The position numbers and the translations under genes were made by a program. A model generated the notes under the pieces. The model searched no databases, had not been told where the DNA came from, and saw only the letters and a list, made by a program, of their open reading frames with translations. A stretch of 64,000 nucleotides of DNA from Chrysomallon squamiferum (taxonomy: Eukaryota; Animalia; Mollusca), in assembly GCA_012295275.1 (NCBI GenBank), contig CM022665.1:11346001-11410000 (forward strand), given 5' to 3'. This document shows, one piece after another, positions 1 to 10,800 of this stretch. Positions within the stretch are counted from its first letter, which is position 1, and every line of letters begins with the position of its first letter.

Positions 1-964
1 TGTTCTGTATAGAAAGAAGAAAGAAGAAAAAGCTTGGTACATTCTGCTGACTGTAGTAATGATCAATTTAATATATTTTTTTTATATCCCCAAATCGTGA
101 AAACCTATAATGAACCAGCAGCTAAATATCCCAGTGCCTACAATCGTATACACGTCATTGTTTTTTGTTTTTTTTCTCAGCTGTAGCAGTTTTAAGTTAT
201 AAAATATAACAACAATAATAAATATAAATAATACCAAATTTATAAATAACAGAAAATATTAATATTAATAATATCCCTAATACCTGATATAGAAATGATT
301 TTCGAAACCTAACAATTTTTCCCTTCTTTCTTTATTTCTTTCTTTATTTATTTTACCTTTCTCTCCATTGAGAATTTTTTCCACAGTTTTAGATGCTGAC
401 AGTTTGGGAACAATTCTCTGTGACGTTCCCAGGGATCATCTTCCTTGGTCCAGTTGCCGACACAGTTATTACATGAGTAACACCGCAGCAGATGAGAGCT
501 TCCTGCAAAACATTAAATTTCTTGTTTAACTCGATATGCAGTACGAATGTTTGGAATTGTCTCTCACACACACACGCACACACGCACAAACACACACACA
601 CACATAATACAAAAACATTTGTATCTTGTAATTAATAAACGTTCATAGAAAAACATCTTAAATGAGTGTTCATTCATTTGTAATTTTATTTTGCTTACCT
701 ATGTAAAAGAAGCCGGCTTCCGCACAATTTGCAGGAAAGGTGGTAGTTTTCAAGTCAAGAAAAGAATCCCTTCGTTTCTGTAGATAATTCATTCTTTCAC
801 CTTGCCACTGATTACTCTCAGAATTGCAGCAAAGCTGAAGTTTCTCCTGCATTGTAATACGAAAGTGGTCCTTTGCAATAACAGCCGATATGTCTTGAAT
901 TATTAAAGCTCGGGGTATTGTAGGAATGTCCTCCTCTGTCAGAGATGGTAAGTAGTTCATGTTT
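1..964 (-). CDS. Inhibitor-of-apoptosis (BIRC/IAP-like) gene, 5' part; continues beyond the window's left edge
   Basis: Exon 964-699 (possible ATG at 960) ends ...RMNYLQKRRDSFLDLKTTTFPANCAEAGFFYI-G|gtaag. Exon 502-357 reads GSSHLLRCYSCNNCVGNWTKEDDPWERHRELFPNCQHLKLWKKFSMERK|gtaaaa. Joined, they give a BIR domain with CX2CX16HX6C. A further polypyrimidine tract plus cag acceptor opens an exon at position 4. Confidence 0.88.
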
Positions 965-1042
965 CTGAAAACAGACAATGCCATTTTGTTTTGTTTTCCC
1001 ATAAATTAAAAATATTTTGGATCGTTTTGCATGATATAAACA

Positions 1043-1044
<2 letters not shown>

Positions 1045-1081
<37 letters not shown>

Positions 1082-1098
1082 GTATATATATATATATA
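1045..1098. repeat. (AG)n/(TA)n microsatellite
   Basis: Visible dinucleotide runs. Confidence 0.9.
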
Positions 1099-1516
1099 CA
1101 TTGTAGATCAAATTAATGTAAGGTAGAAAGACGATCTATTCCAATAAGTATGCACAACGATTACGAATGGATAAATGGATTACTAATAGTTAAATAGTCT
1201 CATTCAGTGTCTTCAAAGTGTCAATGCGAAAAAAAAAGAAAAAAAAAAGAAAAGAAACAAGGACAGTCTGAGAGATAATGCTTGATGAAATAATCTCCAT
1301 GTTGAATACACAACTCAAAATAATTTGTCATCAGTTGATTATATATATTTTGCGTTTACTAAAGATTATCAATATGTTTTTTATAAATCGATAAAAAATT
1401 CCATTTTTTATTTTGTACTTTTTTTTATATATACTTAAATTTTTCGTAGTGTTAATAAATCCCTAATAAATATAAAAAGAAAAAAATAATGTAATTTATA
1501 TTAATCCAAAGAAACA

Positions 1517-2132
1517 GGGATTCTTTCCCGATAATAATTCCCGATTTTTAGAATATAGCTCCAGGGGTTTTCCGAAGCGTTACTAAAAACAAATTATAAC
1601 TGGGATTTCCAAAACTTATATATATATGTAATACTTCCTCTCTGTGAATAATAAACGAGGTCATCAACGAAAACATTGTTTCAGTAAATAAATAAAAAAT
1701 ATGCTGTATTGAAATAGGCATAATTAATCTAGTAGATAATTTCATTTTTTCTATTTGTTTTCATTTCTTTCATTTTTTTAAATCTCAGATTATCTTTTCA
1801 CATTTGTTGGTTAAGACACAGGTAGCTTTATGCACATAACAGAGTTAGGAAGCAGTATTTGGAAATAAAATAAAATGATACAGAGACTGGTGACAAAAAC
1901 AAACAGAAAAAAATATGCAACACGTTTCAAATATACATCTACTGACCAAATTAATATAATTAAAATGAAATGAAAACATACATACATGCGTGTACAACCC
2001 ATTCTGTCTGCTCTGTTAAGATTTTAAAATACACAGATGGGGAAAACCCTCGAAACTGATATGGTAATTTCTAACAGTTCATATGACCTGAGATAATATA
2101 TTTATTTTATTTTAGTTGTGTATCTGACGTCA
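1517..2132. promoter_or_regulatory. Cluster of NF-kB/Rel-like sites plus a CRE between two divergent IAP-like genes
   Basis: GGGATTCTTTCCC 1517-1529, GGGGTTTTCC 1564-1573, GGGATTTCC 1602-1610, GGGGAAAACCC 2039-2049 and TGACGTCA 2125-2132, in otherwise very AT-rich DNA. IAP genes are established NF-kB targets. Confidence 0.55.
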
Positions 2133-2284
2133 GGCTAATTATTGCCTGGATATTGTATCCTTCTGCGAAACAGAAAATGAAGAAGGTATTTCAACACTGA
2201 CAAGGACTGTACAGAATTAAAGGACTGGGAAATATATTTTCTTCTATAATACAGGTAAGCTTTTAATTGCTTCTTACTGACTTT

Positions 2285-2398
2285 ATATATATGTGTGTGT
2301 ATATGTATGTGTATATAAGTACAAAAATTACAATAAAAATGTTGAATATAATAACATCTATCTACACACATACATTCATACTGAAATGTTAGATTTAC

Positions 2399-2482
<84 letters not shown>

Positions 2483-2750
2483 GTATAAATATATGTGTCT
2501 GTGTGTATATACACAAAAATACAAAAATAATAATATAAATATACACGTATATATACATGTATATGTATGTATATATATATGTATATGTGTGTGAGTGTTT
2601 GTGTATATATATATTTATATATACACACACACACACACATACATACATATACATATACATATACATATATATATATACGTGTATATTTATATTATTGTTA
2701 TTTTTGTGTTTTTATCATAATTATTATTATTACTATTATTATTACATTAA
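2285..2750. repeat. Compound (TA)/(CA)/(TG)/(ATT) microsatellite block
   Basis: Long dinucleotide runs; source of the spurious YIYIYI ORFs. Confidence 0.9.
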
Positions 2751-4524
2751 ATATGACTGTTATTAACGAACATATAGAGTACATATATATCTCTACAAAA
2801 GCATTTCTTACTACCTTAGAATATCAACATAAATTAATTTGAATCTGAGGAAGAAAATATAATACTGAAAAAAAAAGAAAAAAAGAATAGTTTAATAACA
2901 ACTTATTTTCATTCTGTTAATGCAATAAAGATATATATCTGTCGGTCTGTCTGTCCATCTATGTATATCTGTGTCTATAATTCTCTATCTCCGTGTCTAT
3001 CTATATCTATCTATACGTATTTCATAATGATACATATTTCCTGTAACATGTACACAATTAAGGCGGAATCACACAGAAACACACAGACAAAAGAAAGTTT
3101 TAAAAGTTTTTACTATAGCCTTTACATGATGAAAAATTCAGCATTTTACAGTTCATCTGCCATCGTTATAGGGAACAATGCGTATCGAAGAGTGGAGGCA
3201 CGAACCGAAAGACCTGGCTGGATCAGTACACTTAGACCGTTCTTTAGGCTGTCACCTCTTTCCAAACAGCGCCCCAATATTTGTTTAACAAAGGATATGG
3301 TGCTTTCCTATCTGTCAGAAGTTCATTACTTGCTCTCCTGCCAGTCGAAAATAACGACCTTGATATCTTCAAACCGGTGACATAGCTAAGATATTGCAAA
3401 TATGGCAATTGCTCCGGGCACCACTTGAAGACGGCACCATTGAGCATGTTCTATTAAACTTTGCAGTTATTTTGTTGTTTTATTTAATGGTAAAGTTATG
3501 TGAAAGGTGGATACCACGGGGGCTATTTTCCGCAGACACACCTCTGCTTTAAACACCCATTTATTTATTTATGTTTTCTTTGTTTTCTTTTCTTTACAGC
3601 TGACGATCAGGAGTTTATCGAGAAGTCAGTTTACAAAGTGATAAATCGGGCAGATAGATAATTTAAGCAGCAAATTTAAACCCGGAGCTGAAATAAGGTC
3701 GGATTCAATAACCAAGATGTTTTTGAAAACAGAGGAAAGACAGAATGATGGTATACAATTTTCAAATAAATTTGTGTGTGTCAATTAAAGATGTATGTTT
3801 TAAGTATGCCAAGACAAAAGGAACGTTAAGTTAAAAATATAAATTATATTATAATGTTTACAAATTTTAATATTACGTGCTAGAAGCAAAAATAATAATT
3901 TAACGATTCTGTTTTTCGTAACGGATGAAACAAAGATTTAATGGTACCGAATTCACGAAGGGTTTTTTGTATCTTTATGAAAGAAAACATAATGCAACAC
4001 AGTTTTTACTAAATACACAAAAGGAAGCAAAAATAATGGTAAATAATAAACATATTTGAAGAAGCAAATAAATGAGAGGTCGATGAAGAGCGGTTTATGA
4101 ATTTTGAGTACCAGACAAAAGTAAAAATCAGTGTATAAAAGTTACGAGTTTTAGTTTTCAGCCAAAACAAAACTGACCATGTACAGTTTTCCGGATTTCG
4201 GGAAATCTGCACCAAATCTGGAAAAACCACAAAATGTTGAACTTACAACCATTTCCCACATTACCTTAAGGTACAATTAAGTTATACAATCATGTCAACT
4301 CTCACTCAGCCCACTTTCCATTAGCTGTTATTATGTCTACTGAAGTTTGCTGTTTCGATCAATTTCAGGGTTAATGTTTACATTCACTATTTCCCAGACT
4401 TTTCCATTTTCCGATTGGTCCGTGAAATCGAGGGGTCAACAGTGCATTATGTGTTAAATTGCTGGGAGTATGAAATATTAATTTATTAGACGTAGCAATA
4501 CATCATGTATAATTTATTTTTCAG

Positions 4525-4724
4525 CATTCACTTCGAAAAAAAATCGGAATCATGGTAAAAAGCCAACGTCATGTTTGTCTTGTACGAAGAATGATTCATG
4601 TATCGTTTTTTTGCCATGCGGCCATCACCCTTTCTGCACTGAATGTGCAAATGTACAGTCAGAATGCCCGATCTGTCAGTCTGTTATCCTTGGATCCATT
4701 CAGATGTCAAATTCTTCAAGGTAG
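4525..4724 (+). CDS. IAP-type C3HC4 RING-finger terminal exon
   Basis: After a ttttttcag acceptor: FTSKKNRNHGKKPTSCLSCTKNDSCIVFLPCGHHPFCTECANVQSECPICQSVILGSIQMSNSSR*. IVFLPCGH...CPIC is the IAP/MDM2-type RING signature. This frame is not the one shown in the ORF track. Confidence 0.8.
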
Positions 4725-6598
4725 ATTTCCAATACAGAATTTAAAAAAAAAAAAAAAATATTGATGTTATTGTTGTATTTGTTCATCTTCCATTTATTTT
4801 ATTGTTGTCATTGTTGTTGTTATAATTCTTCTTCTTCTTCTTCTTCTTCTTATTATTATTATTATTATCATCATCATCATCGTCATAATTATCATAACTC
4901 TTTTTACATAGTTTAGAACGAAACAAAAGACTCATTTGGTACTTTTTCTTATTTCAGGAAATGGTGAATGAAATACATCATGAACATGAGACACGATATG
5001 GACATTACTAAGATAAAAATGTAAAACAGAACAGTTCCTTCTCTGATTGAAAGGACAGGAAACAAAATATATTCTGTATTTTTTTATTTTTTATTTTTTT
5101 ATTTTTTATTATTTGTTGTTTTTGTATGTGTGCGTGCGTATGTGTGTGTGTGTGTGTGTGTGTTTTTTTTTTTTGGGGGGTTTCTATTATATTAAAAATA
5201 ATTGTTTCTCTACTGCGAAATGTTACGGCCAGCAATCATTTCAAAAGTGATGAGCAGTAATTAAAGATGATGACCCTTCCAACCAGTACCACGATATATG
5301 GTTTATGTCTGGATTTTGCATATAAAATACTTCAAATTGAATATTCGTTCATTCACAGTGCATTTTATTTAATTATAATACTTTCTATTATCCAATAGGA
5401 TCTAAATTATAAAATTAAATAGTTAAAATAACTTACAAAATAATTGTTAGAGCATATCTGTGTTTATATTATTACGTGTGTGTGTGTACGCATGTGCGTG
5501 TTAGAAATGTTAGAAACACCATCTGAAAAAAATATTTTGAACCAACACTATTGCGAAGCTTAACCTTTGAACTCTCCTCCCCACAAACAATATATGAAGG
5601 TATATAATAATGTTCTTTGTAATTATCTAAGCATTAGCCATGGCAAATTATAAAAAATAAAAATAATAAAAACATTAATATGTCGTTCAGTCTCGAAATT
5701 ACATAATTTGTACTTGAGAAAGAAAACAACGTTGGTCACAGGAATAACTGGGTGCAGAAACATCCATCATATTCCTATAAGACAAGAAAAATGTTTACTA
5801 GTCTTTGTCATTCAACATCTTTAGCACAAAAGGTGGTTTTACTGATTACCATTAGACGACAGATACACAATCATGATATTTTACCCATATTTCTTCAGTA
5901 CTTACTCTTTGTTCCTGAGCTATTTTCAAGAAAAATGTATTCCAGTTCATGAGGCAATGTCCTCAGAAATAAAGATGTGCATTCAGTTTATCCTGCTGTT
6001 CTGAAACAATATTATCTGCATGTCGTAGAAAAAAGAAAAAGCTAATTTATAACTTCTCAAGCCATTTAACCTTCACTCCAGAGGCAAATATTTAATTGTA
6101 CAATTTAAAGATTTCAGACAATTTTGAAATGTAATATGTCCTTTTGATGTAACGTCAGTTACGCACTTATTTGTGATTACCTATTAAGTCATACACATAA
6201 CCCTGAGCTCTTTTTTATGTGACGCCAAATATTAATAGATTTGGACATAGGCAAGTTTCTTACTCATGGCCAAGTTCCTGGGTGTAGAGCAGCTGGAATA
6301 AGTTCTAATCCATTTGAATATAACGTCAGCATCTATTTTTAAAGTACTTTTAGTAATACTAAGTAAGAAACGTCGTCTGCATGCTTTGAAGTTATTTTTA
6401 TATTTGTGCTTTTTACTGATGTCGTTGTAGTTAATAACGAAGTATAACAACAAAAGAGAATTAATAGCTAAAACGTTTGGTTGCAAATCAAGATAAAATG
6501 GCGACATTAAAAGTATTACTTTATTGTCATACTTCATACTGAACGATGATAGGTCACACAAAACAATAAAACTAATAATGTAGTTAACACTTCTTTAG

Positions 6599-6808
6599 CA
6601 CCGGTGTGAAAGGATATTTGTTTCCCCGAATATTTATACCCGCGGGGGAACGAATATTTGTTTCCCCCACCCTCAATGTTTGGAGGAATGAATATTTGGC
6701 AAAAATTAGTTCCCCATGCTTTAAGTTACAGAATTAGGGTGAAACTTTCAGACTTGAATAACAATACATTTTAAAAAAATCATTTTCCTCAATATTTTCA
6801 CACCAGTG
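6599..6808. mobile_element. MITE-like element (~210 bp)
   Basis: Imperfect terminal inverted repeats CACCGGTGTGAAAggATATT (6599-) and AATATTTTCACACCAGTG (6791-6808); internal repeated ATATTTGTTTCCCC units. Confidence 0.6.
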
Positions 6809-7154
6809 TACTAGTCCTCAGTATTTTGATAAATGGAAATAAGAATTAGAAAAATCAAGTCATAAGCAGCAGAAAGAGGTGCAGATTATCAAGGCCCGTG
6901 TAACTTCACCCCCTCTAAACTACGGATTTTGCTAATGTTAGAGGATAAATAAACGACAATGCATATATATGATAATTATGAAACAAACTTTTATCCAGTG
7001 ATTGCTGGTTGTGCTGGTTGCACAAGGAAATTTAGTATTTCTATTTACTGCTAAACTGTTATGATTGTGAATAGGGCGATAAACTTAATTCTTTGATAAA
7101 CCCAACCATTAAAATCTGCTCAGGCATATTAAATACTTTCAAATTTATATTTTT

Positions 7155-7300
7155 GACTCCAAAATGCACCATAATACACAATATTTTTCATAATTTTCTT
7201 GGGGTGCATACCCCTTAGTCTCCTAGCAGGTCTTTGTGTCTTTGGCGCTCATCCTCTCAAAATTCGCCACTAGTTGCTGACCTGCTATGCAGGCTACTTA
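7155..7300 (+). mobile_element. Degraded interspersed repeat fragment
   Basis: CCAAAATGCACC...AATTTTCTTGGGGTGCATACCCC resembles common invertebrate non-autonomous DNA elements (recalled pattern, not searched). Confidence 0.35.
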
Positions 7301-7579
7301 TATATTTTCTGAATCCACACCTGAGTTTAGGAGACTGACATCTATCATAATGAATATCTCTTGAGGTATTAAATTATTAATGTTATTAACATTTTCCTTC
7401 CCATCATAATTACAGCGTTTAACTATCACACAAAAAGAAAATGCAAAAGTAGCAGTAATTATCATCAAAATATATTTATTAAAAAGAAACGAAAGGCTGA
7501 CGTTATAATAATCATTTATTTTTGTAAACTAAACCAATAATTACAACAGTCATCAACATCAATCCTATTTCGACTTTTT

Positions 7580-7800
7580 AAAATGGCGTTTTGTTTTCCT
7601 AAAGGAGAAATTCGCGTAATGTTTGCTAGTTGGGTTTAGTATAAAAGTATATATATATATATACACACACTTTGTAATTTAAAAAACATTTATATCCGCC
7701 TCTACCTCCAGCTGATAAAAGTTTCAGTGGGTTTCAGAATTTGGATTAATTAATGTCCCACCACTTCCGGTATTATGGCTGCCACATGTTGGATTTCGTA
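7580..7800 (+). promoter_or_regulatory. LTN1 promoter region (YY1-like and ETS/GABPA-like motifs)
   Basis: AAAATGGCG 7580-7588; CACTTCCGGT 7762-7771, ~115 bp upstream of the ATG. The ttgtttcag just before the ATG suggests a short 5'UTR intron. Confidence 0.55.
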
Positions 7801-7885
7801 AACAGCAGGCAATAACAATAGCATTTTTCTGTAACATGAATTAAATTATTAAATTATTTTCAAATTGTAAAACATTGTTTCAGAA

Positions 7886-10800
7886 ATGCCAGGAAATAAA
7901 AAGCGAACACAAAGAACAAAAGGCAATGTCAAGGTAAGAAGTTAACCATATGTGGATTATGTCTTTTATGAATGAGAATGTGAGAAATAATTAGTAAATT
8001 ACTAAATTAGTAAATAATTAAATATTAAAATAATATAAATTAATTAGTTGTTGGCATATTATCTGATTAAGACGTAAGTAAAGACTATAGATTGCATACA
8101 AACACACACGTTACAAACAGACCGTTGTAAATTACTTCCTCATAATTTTTGGTATTTTTTAAAAATTTTGAATTTTAAAAAAGAGAAAATGAAAGAAAAA
8201 GACAACATGGTTTACAATAAAAACAAGGCCGTTGATTAATAAAATGACAACAACAACATAATGATAATAATAATAAATAAAAAAGTATTTGGTTATTACT
8301 AACAAGTTTTATTCTTTGCAGTTAAATTTAAAAATGTGGTTTTTTTTGGTGGGGGGTTTGGGTTTTTTAATAAGATGAATAGCTTCTTTAAGCTGTGTGA
8401 CATGAACTTGTATACATTTAAAAAGTAATATTAAGCTCCATCCAAATGCTGTATCCTGAATAATTAGGATACAGTTTAAATTACATTTTGTGATTTTGTT
8501 TTTCTTGATTTGTTTAAATTTGTTTTAGCCTTTTTAATATAAATAATAACTGAAATGAGTAGAATACACATATTAATATCAAACAAAACCCAGGAATTCA
8601 AGGATCATCATTTCAAAATATTTGTTGATTATAAAAAATGTTTGGTTACTATGGCATGTGATCCACAGCAAAACAAATATCTAGGAAATTTCTATAAGAT
8701 AAGTTCTTAAAATCCTTTAAGATGCATGATACATATATAAGAACATCACATCCAGGCAAACTTCATTTCAGAATAGCTATACGATTTGATAGTTCATTTG
8801 TATTCCACTCAGTGATTCAAAGAGAAGTTGCAGAATAGTCAGTTATTCATTCCAAGTAGCCAGCATACTCCAATTTAAATAGTTTAAATTTTCAAAGTAG
8901 CACCAATTTTGCTTTGTGGAAAATGGAATCCTGATCCCTGCTTTTCTGAATGAATTAACTTCTTGTTAGTGTATTCATTTTTTAATTTTTAATTTTTAAA
9001 ATTATTTTTATTTTTACAGCCTTCAAGTAGCAGTCAAGCTGCAGAATTGTTATCTGCTGCAGGAATCAATCCATCCGGTTTTCTTGGATTTGGCAGTTTG
9101 GCCTTTGTCCCTGCTAGTCAGATATTTGATGATACTGACAATTCTTTAGATTCAGACTTCAGAATGGTTCTGAGAAAGTTATCAAAACGAGATAGCACTA
9201 CTAAAATAAAGGTTTAAATGTCTATAGATATTAATATTTTAATTAATTCTTGTGGCATTTGGTTCAAGTGATATATTAGTTTGTGGTAATGATGAAGTAA
9301 TGTTTTTCTATGTTATTTGATATTCAGGATAAAAAGCAGTTAATTACATTGAATTAAAATATACATTATATCAAAATTCACACAGTTTAATTTATTTTTA
9401 CATTAAAGATTAATTTACTTAAAATTAACAAGAAAATTGTGATGTATCTATTAGGATCAACAGTTGTTAATAAAAATTATTATACACAATATTAAAAAAA
9501 AAAAAAATGTTTTCTCTTCTGATTTGTCATGCAGGCTTTACAAGAGTTTATTGGCTTGTGTCAGGAAAAAGATGAAGATTGCTTGAAAGCTGTTTTGCCT
9601 TACTGGCCACGAATATACAACAAAATGTCTATTGTAAGTGTGAACCTCATGGTATAAGCCAGAAACAAATAATGTTTTTCCAATCAGCTGGTTTTCATTT
9701 TTATTGTTGAATAACTGATTAATTTGTTTACTGATATCACAATATATTATGATATTAATGCTTAAAGCATGTAAAAAGAAAAAACACCCCAAAAACAAGA
9801 AGAAAAAAAGTATTATTTATGAATATGAACTTAGAACAGTTTTCCAAATAAGTTGAAATTAATCAGTATGATGATCTGGTCAATACCAATATATTAAATG
9901 TTCCATACATTAATTAAATGACATATTATATGCATACATATATTCTCAGAAATATAACACTGATGGAGTGCTTTCTCAGAAAAGATGGTTCATGTGTGGT
10001 TTAATGTGCGTTTTCAAACTTACAGTCTACATACACTGAACAAATAAAATACTTAACATCACTGACATGTTTGGTCTAATTTTCTTGTAATATAAATCAT
10101 CCTCAAAAGAAATGGTTTCAACATGGTGAACTTGTGATATGAATATTGTCCCTACATATGAGATGTTGTGACATTCGTGAAAAGTTCTTTATTAAAATGA
10201 AAGCCAGTTTACTCACTTTACATTATGTATTTTAACATATCTATCATAGCAGGAATGGAAAATAACAAATTTATTTCACACTAGGAACAGCTAAAAAAAA
10301 AAGTAAGGGAAAAAAAAAAAAACATTCTTTAGAGATACTTTGTTTCCACAATAAACTCAATTTCCAACTTTCAGATCTGTAGGAACTACTTTACTGCATG
10401 TGATAAATCATGCATTTATTATTTGTTTATAAAGTTGCTGTTTACTGTTCCATCTACTTTACATACAATTTGTGTGTTGTGAATCAAGTTGCCAACTGTA
10501 GTTTTAATTTTTAGATGTGCCAACTGTATAGAAAAAACCAAAAAAAAAAAACATAACCAATTTCCAATGAAACAGATTGTAGAGCTATTTTTTGCTGTAT
10601 TCAACCTCATTTGCCAGCAGAGAGTTAATCTGCAATTACTGCAGGGTTTACTTACATGGTGAGCCATGAAATCTGGATTCAGTATTTGTCATCCATTTGC
10701 ATTTTGTCACGTGACAGTTTGTGCTTTATTGGATTTTACAGATTCAATCTACTTAAAGGTAAGAAACTATGCTTCAACATACATTTAGTCTTGTAATGTT

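Larger units (their letters stand above)
2134..4724 (+). pseudogene. Degenerate IAP-like gene: decayed BIR-like exons plus an intact RING exon
   Basis: Segment ending ...QN*RTGKYIFFYNT-G|gtaag at 2254 has the same phase-1 FFYxG|gtaagc junction as the neighbouring IAP, with in-frame TAA 2218-2220. Segment from 3152 reads VHLPSL*GTMRIEEWRHEPKDLAGSVHLDRSLGCHLF (weak BIR second-half resemblance; TAG 3169-3171). More stop-containing exon-like segments near 3600 and 4160. Terminal RING exon 4525-4724. Confidence 0.55.

Noticed and set aside
389-601. ORF-track protein MCVCLCV...
   Set aside because: Wrong frame; the true BIR exon (502-357) is in another frame.
2135-2842. Overlapping ORFs rich in YIYI/CVCV
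   Set aside because: Translations of TA/CA microsatellites.
4552-4764. ORF-track protein MVKSQRH...
   Set aside because: Wrong frame; the RING is encoded in a different frame ending at 4724.
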